The position numbers and the translations under genes were made by a program. The notes under the pieces were generated by a model. That model made no database searches. It was not told where the DNA came from and worked only from the letters and a program-made list of their open reading frames with translations. 64,000 nt of DNA, from positions 1 through 64,000 of the forward strand of contig JBDKUN010000028.1 of assembly GCA_039679675.1 (NCBI GenBank), given 5' to 3'. This document shows positions 9,485 through 18,688 of the stretch, one piece after another (the first letter of the stretch is position 1; the number at the start of each line of letters is the position of its first letter). Origin of the DNA: Armatimonadota bacterium. GTDB lineage: Bacteria; Armatimonadota; UBA5829; DTLH01.

Positions 9485-10372
9485 TCATTTGGGAAGTATC
9501 CAACTGCGCCAGTCCCCGCCGATGCTGCCCCGCCGCCGGTAACGCTCCATAAACTTGGGGCATGAGCATGATCTCGGCTCAGTATCGAGTTTCGCGAGCA
9601 CAGAAACCGCCGTCTCTGCGATAGCGGCTACGGCATCATCCACCGAACGGGCTTCTGCGTCGTCCAAAAGCCCTTCGAAGAGCACGCCCGGACGGAAAGC
9701 ACGCTCTCTCACCCCTTCGGCAAAGTTTGTTACATAGCAGACCGCCGCGTAGCAGATTTCCAGCTCCTTTGCCAGAAACACCTCAGGGACCAGAGTCATC
9801 CCCACAAGAGAGCCGCCATAGCTTGCGTATTTGCGTATCTCCGCAGGTGTTTCGAGCCTGGGACCTTCAGTGCAGACATATACATCATCCTTCCGGCAAA
9901 CACCGAAGCGCTTTTCGATGGAGTCTATGAGCGCACCTGACAACTCAGGACAAAAGACCGGACTCTGCCTTATAAAGCCGAGCCCTGTCCCTTCAAAATA
10001 CGTATATTCGCGCCGTTTCGTCTCGTCTATAAGGTCACCAGGAACCAGGACTTCTCCTATTTTTATCGCCGGGTCGATTGCAGCGGGGCCTGACCAGGAG
10101 ATAATCCGTTCTACTCCAAGGGATTTGAGCGCCCAGATGTTGGCCCTGTAGTTGACGAACGATGCAGTCAAATCATAACCATTCTCCCCGTGCCTCGACA
10201 GGTATAGAAACTCCGTGCCTTTAGCCGAACAGAGGTGGACCGGCGCCGAATCTCCGAAAGGCGTCTCGATGGCGCCCAAAGACTGCAGCTCATCCCGGTG
10301 CTTCTTGAGGAACCTGAACCCTGTGCTGCCTCCTATTATTGCAGACTTTACTGATATTTCCTGAACCGGCAT
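9485..10372 (-). CDS. MTAP-family purine nucleoside phosphorylase (6-oxopurine/MTIP-type motif)
   Basis: IIGGS, ETPFG, SRHG, NYRANIWAL, EGPRLETPAE, VGMT..PE..LAKE, VTNFAEG. Confidence 0.88.
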   Translation of the reverse strand: MPVQEISVKSAIIGGSTGFRFLKKHRDELQSLGAIETPFGDSAPVHLCSAKGTEFLYLSRHGENGYDLTASFVNYRANIWALKSLGVERIISWSGPAAIDPAIKIGEVLVPGDLIDETKRREYTYFEGTGLGFIRQSPVFCPELSGALIDSIEKRFGVCRKDDVYVCTEGPRLETPAEIRKYASYGGSLVGMTLVPEVFLAKELEICYAAVCYVTNFAEGVRERAFRPGVLFEGLLDDAEARSVDDAVAAIAETAVSVLAKLDTEPRSCSCPKFMERYRRRGSIGGDWRSWILPK

Positions 10373-10381
10373 ATTTTCGCG

Positions 10382-11446
10382 CTATCCCCTGCTGTGCTTC
10401 CTCAAGATTTTGTACTGCGTATCTCTCTCGGCTGCATCAAACCCCGCGCCGTGGATCAGCTCTATAAGCTGCTCTTCTGAAAGCCGGAACTTGCAGCCTG
10501 CAGCAGCCACCACATTTTCTTCTATCATTGTGCTGCCTATGTCGTTTGCGCCGAACCTGAGCGCTATCTGCGCGACCGCATCGCCCTGCGTGACCCATGA
10601 TGCCTGGATATTCGGGACATTGTCCAGAACCAACCGGGAAATCGCCAATGTTTTCAGATAATCGTGCCCGCCGACCGTATTACCGCCGAGTATGGTATTC
10701 CCCGGCTGGTATGTCCAGGGGATAAACGCCGTAAATACACCCGTGCGGTCCTGCAGGCCGCGTATTACCATCAGATGTTCTACACGGTCCTTCATGCTCT
10801 CGATGTGGCCAAAAAGCATAGTGGCAGTAGCCCGCATTCCGAGCCCTGCGGCCGTCTCCATTACCTCCACCCATTCCTCGACGCTCGCCTTTCCCGGTGA
10901 GACCAGCACGCGGACGGAATTGACGAGTATTTCAGCCCCGCCGCCCGGTAGAGAGTCGAGCCCGGCGTCCTTCAGCCGGGAAAGCGTCGTTTTTATGTCC
11001 AGACCGGACGTATCAGCAATATGCACCACTTCAGGAGCCGAAAGCGAGTGGATTTGAACGGGATATTTATCCTTGATCGCCCGGAAAAGGTCTTCATAGA
11101 ACTCAATCTTTAGCCCCGGATGAAGGCCTCCCTGCATCAAGATCTCAGTCGCGCCAAGTTCGACAGCTTCACGGACCTTCTCAAGCACCTCTTCTGTCGA
11201 AAGCACATACCCTTCCGGGTGTCCGGGCGGGCGGAAGAACGCGCAGAACTTGCAGCCGGAAGCGCAGATGTTGGTAAAGTTGATGTTCCGGTCTATTACG
11301 TACGTGCGCACCGGCTCCGGGTGCAGCTTATCGCAAAGTGCGCCTGCAGCGACTCCCAGATCAGTCAGGTTGGCATGTTCGAAGAGTTCGAGCGCTTCTT
11401 CCGCTGTAATGCGATGCCCATCGGCTATATCCATTATATTAATCAA
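10382..11446 (-). CDS. mqnC: Cyclic dehypoxanthinyl futalosine synthase (radical SAM)
   Basis: DRNINFTNICASGCKFCAF, MQGGLHP, SLPGGGAEIL, FTAFIPW, QASWVTQG, GSTMIEENVV. Confidence 0.93.
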   Translation of the reverse strand: MINIMDIADGHRITAEEALELFEHANLTDLGVAAGALCDKLHPEPVRTYVIDRNINFTNICASGCKFCAFFRPPGHPEGYVLSTEEVLEKVREAVELGATEILMQGGLHPGLKIEFYEDLFRAIKDKYPVQIHSLSAPEVVHIADTSGLDIKTTLSRLKDAGLDSLPGGGAEILVNSVRVLVSPGKASVEEWVEVMETAAGLGMRATATMLFGHIESMKDRVEHLMVIRGLQDRTGVFTAFIPWTYQPGNTILGGNTVGGHDYLKTLAISRLVLDNVPNIQASWVTQGDAVAQIALRFGANDIGSTMIEENVVAAAGCKFRLSEEQLIELIHGAGFDAAERDTQYKILRKHSRG

Positions 11447-11451
11447 AATCC

Positions 11452-12690
11452 TTACTCCTCAACCACACGCACTTCCGGCCTGCAGCTTATCAACCCGTGC
11501 TCTGCGGCTTTTTGCCCGAATATTCTAAGCGATTCCATCTCCCTCTGCCCCAGATCATAGCGTATTATCTTCGTGAGATACTCTTTGCAAAGTTCAGGAG
11601 GCAGTCCGAGCCTCGGAGACTGCTCTTCTACGATCTCTCGGATGCGCTTCTGCCCTTCTTCTTTAGCTGATTTAAGCTCGGCGATGAGCCCCGGCGTGAT
11701 CGACTCCTTCGGCCCGGCCCAGGTCGCAAATACAGCGGGCAGCCCGGTAAGCTTCAGCCATTCTTCTCCTAAATCGAAGAGGTGAAGCCCAGTTTTATCG
11801 CAAAGCATCGCCGGATCGCCGATAATAAGCGCCGCATCGCACATAGAGAGCATCTTTTCGAGCTTTGGCTCGCAATCGATGTATTCCGGCTCCATTCCGT
11901 AGCTTTCAGAAAGGATTATCCGAAGAAGCGCGCGGCTGGAGAGTGAACTAATGTCAGCCGCGACTGTTTTTACATCCTTCAGCTCGACTTTCGAGAGCAT
12001 CAGCACACTTATGACGGGGCCGTCTGACGATATGCTGATCCCCGGCACGATGGAAAGGTTCGGGTTCGAAAGGGATGCGAAGCTCGATACCGGCGCGGCG
12101 GCAATACTCTCTTCGGCAAGCATTCTTGCGAGCTGAGAAGGGGGCGCATAGACCAGCTCCCACCCGTCCGGCAGCCCGCCATGCTCAAAAGTATATACCA
12201 GAGGCTTGACGTTTAAGTACGGCAGGCAGCCGAGCCTGTGGGATGGGGGATAGGGGTCATGTGTTAGGGTACTTGGACTGCTTGTTGCATCGGACTGCTT
12301 GCTGCCGATGCGGGCCGACAGGCCCCATACTTTCCGCACATCAGAAGAGGATGCCGATAGAAAAGCGGAAGCTAACGCTTCCGCACTCCAAAGAGATCTG
12401 TGGAGACTCGCGTTCCTTCCCGTGATCCGGTGGATCAACGTTCTGCAGTCCAATTCCGACACCTGCGGTGTCGGCTTCGGCAGCAAGCAGTCCGAAGCAA
12501 GCGAAAGAGATTGGTGTATGTCGTGCTTCGGGATGGACTGCGATCCCGAAGCATAATAAGCAAACAAAGTAACGTCATTTCGAGCTTGACTCGGAATCCA
12601 GGAAAGGAATGGGCCCTGAATCAAGTTCAGTGCGATGTCCTTGCTGATAGCTGACGGCTGACGGCTGATTGCTACTCCCTGTGCCTTCAT
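11452..12690 (-). CDS. mqnA: Chorismate dehydratase (menaquinone biosynthesis) with repeat-derived N-terminal extension; homology starts at ~12240
   Basis: RLGCLPYLNVKPL, GPVISV, AALIIGDPA, DLGEEW..LTGLP.VFA.W; the ATG overlaps the mqnE stop (ATGA). Confidence 0.88.
   Translation of the reverse strand: MKAQGVAISRQPSAISKDIALNLIQGPFLSWIPSQARNDVTLFAYYASGSQSIPKHDIHQSLSLASDCLLPKPTPQVSELDCRTLIHRITGRNASLHRSLWSAEALASAFLSASSSDVRKVWGLSARIGSKQSDATSSPSTLTHDPYPPSHRLGCLPYLNVKPLVYTFEHGGLPDGWELVYAPPSQLARMLAEESIAAAPVSSFASLSNPNLSIVPGISISSDGPVISVLMLSKVELKDVKTVAADISSLSSRALLRIILSESYGMEPEYIDCEPKLEKMLSMCDAALIIGDPAMLCDKTGLHLFDLGEEWLKLTGLPAVFATWAGPKESITPGLIAELKSAKEEGQKRIREIVEEQSPRLGLPPELCKEYLTKIIRYDLGQREMESLRIFGQKAAEHGLISCRPEVRVVEE
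12275..12672. repeat. Mosaic of REP/palindromic repeat modules inside the mqnA 5' extension
   Basis: GCTGAYR heptamers 12642-12672; double palindrome 12572-12635 matching 1-130 and 20267-20330; module 12475-12556 matching 33937-34045 inverted; AAAGCGGAAGC..GCTTCCGCACTCCA 12361-12392. Confidence 0.8.
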
Positions 12691-13802
12691 CTGACCACCT
12701 CGTTATAGAGGGTATCGCGTTCCACGGGAATTGTGCCGGTCTCTTCGATCATCCGGCGGATTTCTTCGACGGTTCGGCTCTCAGGAGTCTCGGCCCCGGC
12801 CCTGTGAGTGATCTTTTCCTCTACCACTGTGCCGTCCACATCGTCCGCGCCGAATGAGACGGCGATCTGCGCGAGCTTTATGCCCAGCATGATCCAAAAC
12901 GCCTTGACATGTGGGAAGTTATCGAGCATAAGGCGACCCACGGCCACAACTTTGAGGTCGTCCATACCCGAACGCGGGCGTGCCAGGTGCGCAAGGTTCG
13001 TATTTTCGTGATGGAACCGGAGCGGGATGAAACTCAGAAACCCCCCGGTCTCATCCTGAAGCTCGCGGAGCTTAATCAGGTGGTCTACCCGCTCTTCGGA
13101 TGTCTCGATGTGGCCGTAGAGCATGGTCGCGTTGGACTTTACGCCCGCTTTGTGCGCCGCGCGCATCACGGAAAGCCATTTTTCGCCGGACATCTTCTCC
13201 GGGCAGACCATTTCCCGCACTCTGGGAGAGAAAACCTCTGCCCCACCGCCCGGAAGCGACCCCAGCCCTGCGGCTTTCAGCCTTTTAAGGCATTCTTCGA
13301 CGGTAAACCCGCCGATTTCGGCAATATGCGCAATCTCTACTGCCGTGAATGCCTGAAGATGGACACCGGGAAAGTGGTCTCTAAGGGTGGAGAGCATTCC
13401 AGTGTAGTATTCGAACTGCATAGTGGGGTGAAGCCCCCCGACCAGGTGAAGCTCGGTGAACTTGAGCGTGGAAGAGTACTCCTCGGCGCGTGCGAGAATT
13501 TCTTCTATGCTCATCGTATAGGCGCCTTCTTCCCCTTCGCTTCTGGAGTAGGCGCAGAACTTGCAGCGGTTTTTGCAGATATCGGTGTGGTTGATGTGCC
13601 GGTTGACGATGTAGTAAGTCTTGTTGCCGTTTATTCGCCTTCGGACGAGATTAGCAGCCCAGCCTATGGCTGTTATATCGTTGCTTTCGAAGAGTCTTAC
13701 TCCATCATCGAACGAAAGCCGCTCCCCGGCCTCCACTTTTTCGATTATATCCGCAATATCCGATTTTACTATCAATGCAACTCCATTCTTCAACATTATC
13801 AA
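12687..13802 (-). CDS. mqnE: Aminofutalosine synthase (radical SAM)
   Basis: NRHINHTDICKNRCKFCAY, ELHLVGGLHP, QAFTAVEI, SNATMLYGHIE, HVKAFWIM, DGTVVEEKI.H.AG. Confidence 0.93.
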   Translation of the reverse strand: MIMLKNGVALIVKSDIADIIEKVEAGERLSFDDGVRLFESNDITAIGWAANLVRRRINGNKTYYIVNRHINHTDICKNRCKFCAYSRSEGEEGAYTMSIEEILARAEEYSSTLKFTELHLVGGLHPTMQFEYYTGMLSTLRDHFPGVHLQAFTAVEIAHIAEIGGFTVEECLKRLKAAGLGSLPGGGAEVFSPRVREMVCPEKMSGEKWLSVMRAAHKAGVKSNATMLYGHIETSEERVDHLIKLRELQDETGGFLSFIPLRFHHENTNLAHLARPRSGMDDLKVVAVGRLMLDNFPHVKAFWIMLGIKLAQIAVSFGADDVDGTVVEEKITHRAGAETPESRTVEEIRRMIEETGTIPVERDTLYNEVVR

Positions 13803-13877
13803 TAATTCCAGCTATCTATCCGACTATCCTTCAAGCAGTAAGAAGCAGCCCTGCGGTTGTTATGTCATAGCAGATCG
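13800..13877. repeat. 78-bp direct repeat, copy 1 (partner 15949-16026)
   Basis: Gap-free alignment with 8 mismatches, counted by hand. Confidence 0.9.
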
Positions 13878-13888
13878 TAATTGAACTT

Positions 13889-14485
13889 CTATCTCAGCGC
13901 AACCAGTGCCACTACAATCAACGATGCGAACAACAACCCATATGTGATGCCGTTTGCGATCCAGGCCCAGCGGTTTACATCCCGCTTTTGTTCTTTTTTA
14001 GTGAGCTTGAATGCAACAAACCGCTCACACCACACGGACATAAAGAAAAACGGTATACAAAGTGTCGCTCCGGCGGCAGGTACCATCCAATGGAGTTCTT
14101 CTTCATATGGAATGAGCCATGGGCTCTGAAGCGTCACCGCGGCAAGCTTCTGCAAAGGTGTGCTGATACCCCAGGCAGACCCGCCTTTCGAAATAATCAT
14201 CTCAACAAGCGCGAGCACCATCCAGGTAAGAGGTATCCCAATGAGCGTTGACACGGCGTTTGCTATTGCAGCAACTCGGAACCCATCAACGAATCCCTTT
14301 TTCAGGACCTTCATCGCCACAACAGTCTCAATAGCTATGATGGGCAGCAGCAGAAACCAGGATGCAGGAGCTACCGCAGCAATCATCGGAACGCCTATAT
14401 CCGCATGCGCCGGAGCAGCAACAACCATCAGCAAAAGTGCCAATTTGAGCCAAGTTTTTCGCTTACGAACTTCCACCTTAGCCAT
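13889..14485 (-). CDS. Hypothetical multi-pass membrane protein (paralog of 15980-16555 and of the N-terminus of 1935-3104)
   Basis: Signal-like PAHA-D, 4-5 TM helices, AN.VSTL.G.PL and WAW.AN.I.Y motifs shared with paralogs. Confidence 0.7.
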   Translation of the reverse strand: MAKVEVRKRKTWLKLALLLMVVAAPAHADIGVPMIAAVAPASWFLLLPIIAIETVVAMKVLKKGFVDGFRVAAIANAVSTLIGIPLTWMVLALVEMIISKGGSAWGISTPLQKLAAVTLQSPWLIPYEEELHWMVPAAGATLCIPFFFMSVWCERFVAFKLTKKEQKRDVNRWAWIANGITYGLLFASLIVVALVALR

Positions 14486-14511
14486 CCTTTTCAGATTGCA
14501 ATGATCAAGTG

Positions 14512-15951
14512 CTACTTATCCAGCGCCGAGAGCAGCTCTTGCGGGACTTCAAGCCATTGCGGAACTCCGGCGGTGCGAAGCCGACGAACGATTGCCAGCA
14601 ACAGACGCACGTAATCCGCATTTGGCAGCATTACAGGAATTGTTATGCTTTTGTGCTTCTTATTACTGTCGATATACAGGAATACTCCCGCCGGAACTCT
14701 CAGCCAGCATGCTGTAGTCACATCCAAAAACGCTATAGTCTTAAGCTTGCCATTTATATCGACGCTGATTTGATCATTCCGCAGCTCTATTGATTTGATA
14801 TTGAACCCCGTAGGTGCATCCACGGGTTTCCAGCCCATCTCACTCGGCACACTCTCCGGGATTTCATTCCACAGAGACCTTAGCGATTCAGTAATATGGA
14901 CATTGTACGCCTTGCCGTACTGCCTTAGATATTGCCAGATCGAAGCGGCAAGACCGAGATTGAGCGTTGCAGTGCCCGACATAGAGAAAACTTTGCCTTT
15001 ATGCTTCAGTGTGAGTCTCGGCTTTCCACCAGGGCTCTGTGCTATCCAGGCATCTTCAACATCGGGCCATGAAATAAAACTCTTTGTCAGAGCTCTTTTC
15101 ACTGTCAGCCCTGAACTATCGGACCTTATATACTGTTCTTCCAAAAGGATGCGCTTTACGAGATTGAAGTAGAAAAGAGTGAGCGCGGTCGCAAGTAATG
15201 CAGATGCGGTATTACCTATCCATGTGCGGGGTAAGTTCCATATACGATACATCAATCCTGCGAACATACACCCAAAAAGAAAAATAAATACCAGGCTTAT
15301 AAACCCCGATATTTCCTGATGCGGGCCCCATGCATCGACAACTTCAAGCTCCGGCAGGTACATAGGATCATTCGGATTTACTCTCGCTTCCTGCAAACCA
15401 AGGATGTTTCCGTCGCAGAGCACATTGTGACGGCGGAGATGATATTTGACCGATGCTTCGAGTCTGGTGTGCTCCGTTATTTTGGATGAGACGGAAAACA
15501 CGCCTTTCTGTGTATTGAACCTGTAAACCTGGCCGACGAAGCGCGATTTAGTGAGCGATACTTCACGTATATCATTCCAGAGAACTCGCCGCCTGGTGAA
15601 TATTTTGTAAACGGTTAGCCCTTCGGAATCAGCTTTCCAATAGACTTCTGCACAGAGAAACCGGCGTAGTATCCATATATCGAGGCAAGTGACGATAGCG
15701 GCAATAAGAACCAGGAAACAGTCAACACCAACAGTCGTTTTGCCCTGTCCTATATCAATACCAGTAACTATTGCGACCACAGGAAAGATTACAAAAAACG
15801 GGGTGACTAGCAACGCTAGAAGCAGGACTATAGATGCAAAAAAAGCGCTGATAAAACGATTACTCTTGTTGCCCGCTTCGACTTCCTCCAGGTCGGACTG
15901 CTCAGAGCCTTTACACTGTGTTTCTTCGTCATTCATCTGCTTTTCATCCAA
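14512..15951 (-). CDS. Membrane protein with repeated TM-TM/bacterial PH-like units
   Basis: Two units of TM pair + DS.GL.V....R..I.W.D(I/V) + EAS(I/V).Q.L.R. Confidence 0.65.
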   Translation of the reverse strand: MDEKQMNDEETQCKGSEQSDLEEVEAGNKSNRFISAFFASIVLLLALLVTPFFVIFPVVAIVTGIDIGQGKTTVGVDCFLVLIAAIVTCLDIWILRRFLCAEVYWKADSEGLTVYKIFTRRRVLWNDIREVSLTKSRFVGQVYRFNTQKGVFSVSSKITEHTRLEASVKYHLRRHNVLCDGNILGLQEARVNPNDPMYLPELEVVDAWGPHQEISGFISLVFIFLFGCMFAGLMYRIWNLPRTWIGNTASALLATALTLFYFNLVKRILLEEQYIRSDSSGLTVKRALTKSFISWPDVEDAWIAQSPGGKPRLTLKHKGKVFSMSGTATLNLGLAASIWQYLRQYGKAYNVHITESLRSLWNEIPESVPSEMGWKPVDAPTGFNIKSIELRNDQISVDINGKLKTIAFLDVTTACWLRVPAGVFLYIDSNKKHKSITIPVMLPNADYVRLLLAIVRRLRTAGVPQWLEVPQELLSALDK

Positions 15952-16026
15952 TAATTCCAGTTATTTATCCTACTATCCCTCAAGCAGTAAAAAGCAGCAC
16001 TGCAGTTGTTATGCCATAGCAGATCG
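15949..16026. repeat. 78-bp direct repeat, copy 2
   Basis: Covers the 3' end of ORF 15980-16555, the spacer, and the TTG start of the next gene. Confidence 0.9.
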
Positions 16027-16555
16027 CATTCGCAGTCCATGCCCATGCTTCGGCAGGATCACCGTTCACCGAACCGTCTTCATCCCCTGCAGGTCTTCTT
16101 TCAACACTTTTCATTGCCGCCCGCTTGTCCCACCAGGCAGCAGCAACGCCGGACACGGCACAAAGTATCGCGAGTGCCACATTCGGACCCCATGCCGGAC
16201 CCAATTCCCCTTCAATTGGGACAAATGCTATCTCGTACAGCACCGGAATCCTAAGCAGCATTGCAAGGATGCCAAGCACAAAAGCAATAAGCGGCAAGCC
16301 GACAAGTGTAGACACAGCCGATGTTCTAAGGGCCAGGAGGAAGCTATTTCCCCAGCCGGTTTTCATAATAAGCCTTGCGGCAAGAAACTTGACCGGCAGA
16401 AACGCCAAAAACAGTAACACCGCTCCCGGCACGATCAAAACCATGGTCGGAACAGCGCCCGCTGTTGCATGCGCTGGAACACATAAAAGAGAAATAAAAA
16501 TCGAAATTGCCAGTACAAGCCGCCACCTGCTTCGAATCATTCGCTTTGCCCCCAT
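15980..16555 (-). CDS. Hypothetical multi-pass membrane protein
   Basis: PAHA signal-like site, TM helices, paralogy with 13889-14485. Confidence 0.7.
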   Translation of the reverse strand: MGAKRMIRSRWRLVLAISIFISLLCVPAHATAGAVPTMVLIVPGAVLLFLAFLPVKFLAARLIMKTGWGNSFLLALRTSAVSTLVGLPLIAFVLGILAMLLRIPVLYEIAFVPIEGELGPAWGPNVALAILCAVSGVAAAWWDKRAAMKSVERRPAGDEDGSVNGDPAEAWAWTANAICYGITTAVLLFTA

Positions 16556-16615
16556 CGTGCCATAATATTATGAGTAAACCAGGCAATCATACTCTTCTAT
16601 ACGTATGGAAGCCAG

Positions 16616-17470
16616 CTATCGTCGCACCAGCACATCCGCCAGCGCAAATATAAAGAAAGAGATGCTCACGCAGCCGTTCATCGTGAAAAACGCGGCGTTG
16701 ACTCTCGAAAGATCGGTCGGCGAGACGATGGAGTGCTCGTATATGATAAAGAGTGAGATCACAGCGAGGCCGACATAAAAAATCGTCCCCATCCCGCACG
16801 CCAGACCGAACCAGACGAGGAGCCCCATCATAAGAGTGTGCATCAACCGGCTGACAAGAAGCGCGCGGGACTCACCTATGGCCTTCGGGAGTGAAAATAG
16901 ACCCATTTTGCGGTCGAACTCCACATCCTGAAGCGAATAGATCACGTCGAACCCGGCTGTCCAGAGCATGACGCAGGCCGCAAGTATCATCGGCTGAAGC
17001 TGGAGCTTTCCCGTAACCGCAATCCATGCCCCGACAGGAGCTATACCGAGCGAAAGCCCCAGCACGAGATGCGACCACGACGTAAACCGCTTCGTGTATG
17101 AGTAACCGAGAATTACTACGAGAGCTACCGGCGAAAGAACAAGCGCAAGCCTGTTCAGCATCCCCGCCGCGAGGACAAAAACGGCAATCGCCGCGAGGGT
17201 AAACGCCCACGCCTCCGCGACGGAGATTACACCCTTCGGAATCGCCCTACCGGCAGTCCGGGGGTTTTTGACATCGAACTTGAGGTCGGCTATACGGTTA
17301 AAAGTCATTGCCGCGCTTCTCGCCCCTACCATCGCGAGAAGTATCCACCCGAGAGTGCGCCATGTGGGAAACCCGTTTGCGGCGACTATGGCGGAGGTCA
17401 GCGCAAACGGCAGGGCGAAGACCGTGTGCTCGAACTTGATCATCTCCAGGATGACCATCAGCTTTTTCAT
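16616..17470 (-). CDS. ubiA: UbiA-like prenyltransferase (MqnP-type)
   Basis: MIKFEHTVFALPFA, ARSAAMTFNRIAD..FD..NPRTAGR, YSYTKRFT, GFDVIYSLQD. Confidence 0.92.
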   Translation of the reverse strand: MKKLMVILEMIKFEHTVFALPFALTSAIVAANGFPTWRTLGWILLAMVGARSAAMTFNRIADLKFDVKNPRTAGRAIPKGVISVAEAWAFTLAAIAVFVLAAGMLNRLALVLSPVALVVILGYSYTKRFTSWSHLVLGLSLGIAPVGAWIAVTGKLQLQPMILAACVMLWTAGFDVIYSLQDVEFDRKMGLFSLPKAIGESRALLVSRLMHTLMMGLLVWFGLACGMGTIFYVGLAVISLFIIYEHSIVSPTDLSRVNAAFFTMNGCVSISFFIFALADVLVRR

Positions 17471-17823
17471 AGCGGCTCCAGCCCCAGAGCAATCTTCAGC
17501 GCTTCGTCTATGGCGGCTATCGTTGCCGGACTGAGCGTGCCGTAGCTGCCGGTAACTCTCGACGCGTCTATCGTACGGATCTGCGTCAGCATAGCTTTGG
17601 AGCGAGTGGCAAGCCCACTGTCGGGCGGCTCGATCAGCACATCGAGCGGAAATATCCTGTCCGTTTTGCGGCTGGTGATTGCCGCAACGATGATCACCGG
17701 GCTCCGGTCATTGATAAAATCGGGTGAGATTACGACTGCCGGGCGCTCTCCCCCCTGCTCAGAGCCTTCTGCCGGATCAAGGCGGACTTTTACAATATCT
17801 CCCCTTTTAAGCCCCTTCGTCAT
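17467..17823 (-). CDS. mazF: Type II TA toxin, PemK/MazF family
   Basis: RGDIVKVRLDP..GSEQGGERPAVVIS, IVAAITS, QIRTID. Confidence 0.92.
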   Translation of the reverse strand: MTKGLKRGDIVKVRLDPAEGSEQGGERPAVVISPDFINDRSPVIIVAAITSRKTDRIFPLDVLIEPPDSGLATRSKAMLTQIRTIDASRVTGSYGTLSPATIAAIDEALKIALGLEPL

Positions 17824-18061
17824 GCTTTCGAGCTGCCTCTTCTTCCAGTGGATGCCATTCCTTCTCTGACTCAAGCCATACGTCCCACATTTCACGGCAT
17901 CCTTCCGCGACTTGCTCACGCAGTTTCATCCGCTTCTGCTCACCAAGCCAGTCTTTCATCACTTTATTCAGCACAGTGCTTCTCCTGCCCGGCGTAACCG
18001 CTTGCTCAAACTCGCGGACAGTCTCTTCCGGCAGGGCGTAAGTCCTTTTTACTGCGGCCAT
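17807..18061 (-). CDS. Putative antitoxin (RHH/CopG-like)
   Basis: Small ORF overlapping the toxin start; KRTYALPE beta-strand plus helices; AAGGAGG RBS. Confidence 0.75.
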   Translation of the reverse strand: MAAVKRTYALPEETVREFEQAVTPGRRSTVLNKVMKDWLGEQKRMKLREQVAEGCREMWDVWLESEKEWHPLEEEAARKHDEGA

Positions 18062-18112
18062 GTCAATACCTCCTTGCAATACTATTATACCATACTGCAA
18101 GCAATACTTAAC

Positions 18113-18688
18113 TTATTCCTGCCATCCGTTCACCAACCGTGTTTCCAGCTCCAGATGCTGCAGGATTCGGTCCACCACAAAGTCCACCAAGTCATCTACT
18201 TTTTCTGGATTGTGATAAAACGCCGGGGAAGCGGGCATAATCGTAGCTCCTGCGCGCGTAAGTGTTGCCATATTCTCAAGATGGATGAGCGAAAGCGGGG
18301 TTTCGCGGGTCACAAGTATCAGTTTCCGGCGCTCCTTGAGACACACATCCGCCGCACGGGTTATAAGGTCGTTCGAAATACCGGCGGCGATCCTGCCGAC
18401 GGCTCCCATCGAACAGGGGACTATCACCATCCCGTCGCAGGAGTGTGACCCGCTCGCGGGAGGCGCGCCGATCTCGTTCGGGTCGAGAAGCGTGAAATTC
18501 CCGTTAGGGAGAAGGTCATCAAGCTCTATTATTCCGAGCTCATCCTTCAGAATTGAAAGCGAATGCTCGGACGCCGTAACATATACCCTGTCGTAGTGCC
18601 CAGTGAGCGTTTCGAGCAATCTTTTTGCGTAGATTGCGCCGCTCGCCCCAGTTATGGCGACAAACAGCCTTTTTTCAGCCAATTCCAA
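18113..18688 (-). CDS. ubiX: Flavin prenyltransferase UbiX (MqnM-type)
   Basis: AITGASGAIY, ASGS, PCSM, RAADVCLKERR, RETPL, PAFY. Confidence 0.95.
   Translation of the reverse strand: MELAEKRLFVAITGASGAIYAKRLLETLTGHYDRVYVTASEHSLSILKDELGIIELDDLLPNGNFTLLDPNEIGAPPASGSHSCDGMVIVPCSMGAVGRIAAGISNDLITRAADVCLKERRKLILVTRETPLSLIHLENMATLTRAGATIMPASPAFYHNPEKVDDLVDFVVDRILQHLELETRLVNGWQE

Noticed and set aside
16547..16562. sigma54-like TGGCAC motif on the minus strand
   Set aside because: The -12 element is GGGC rather than TTGC, and it overlaps a start codon.
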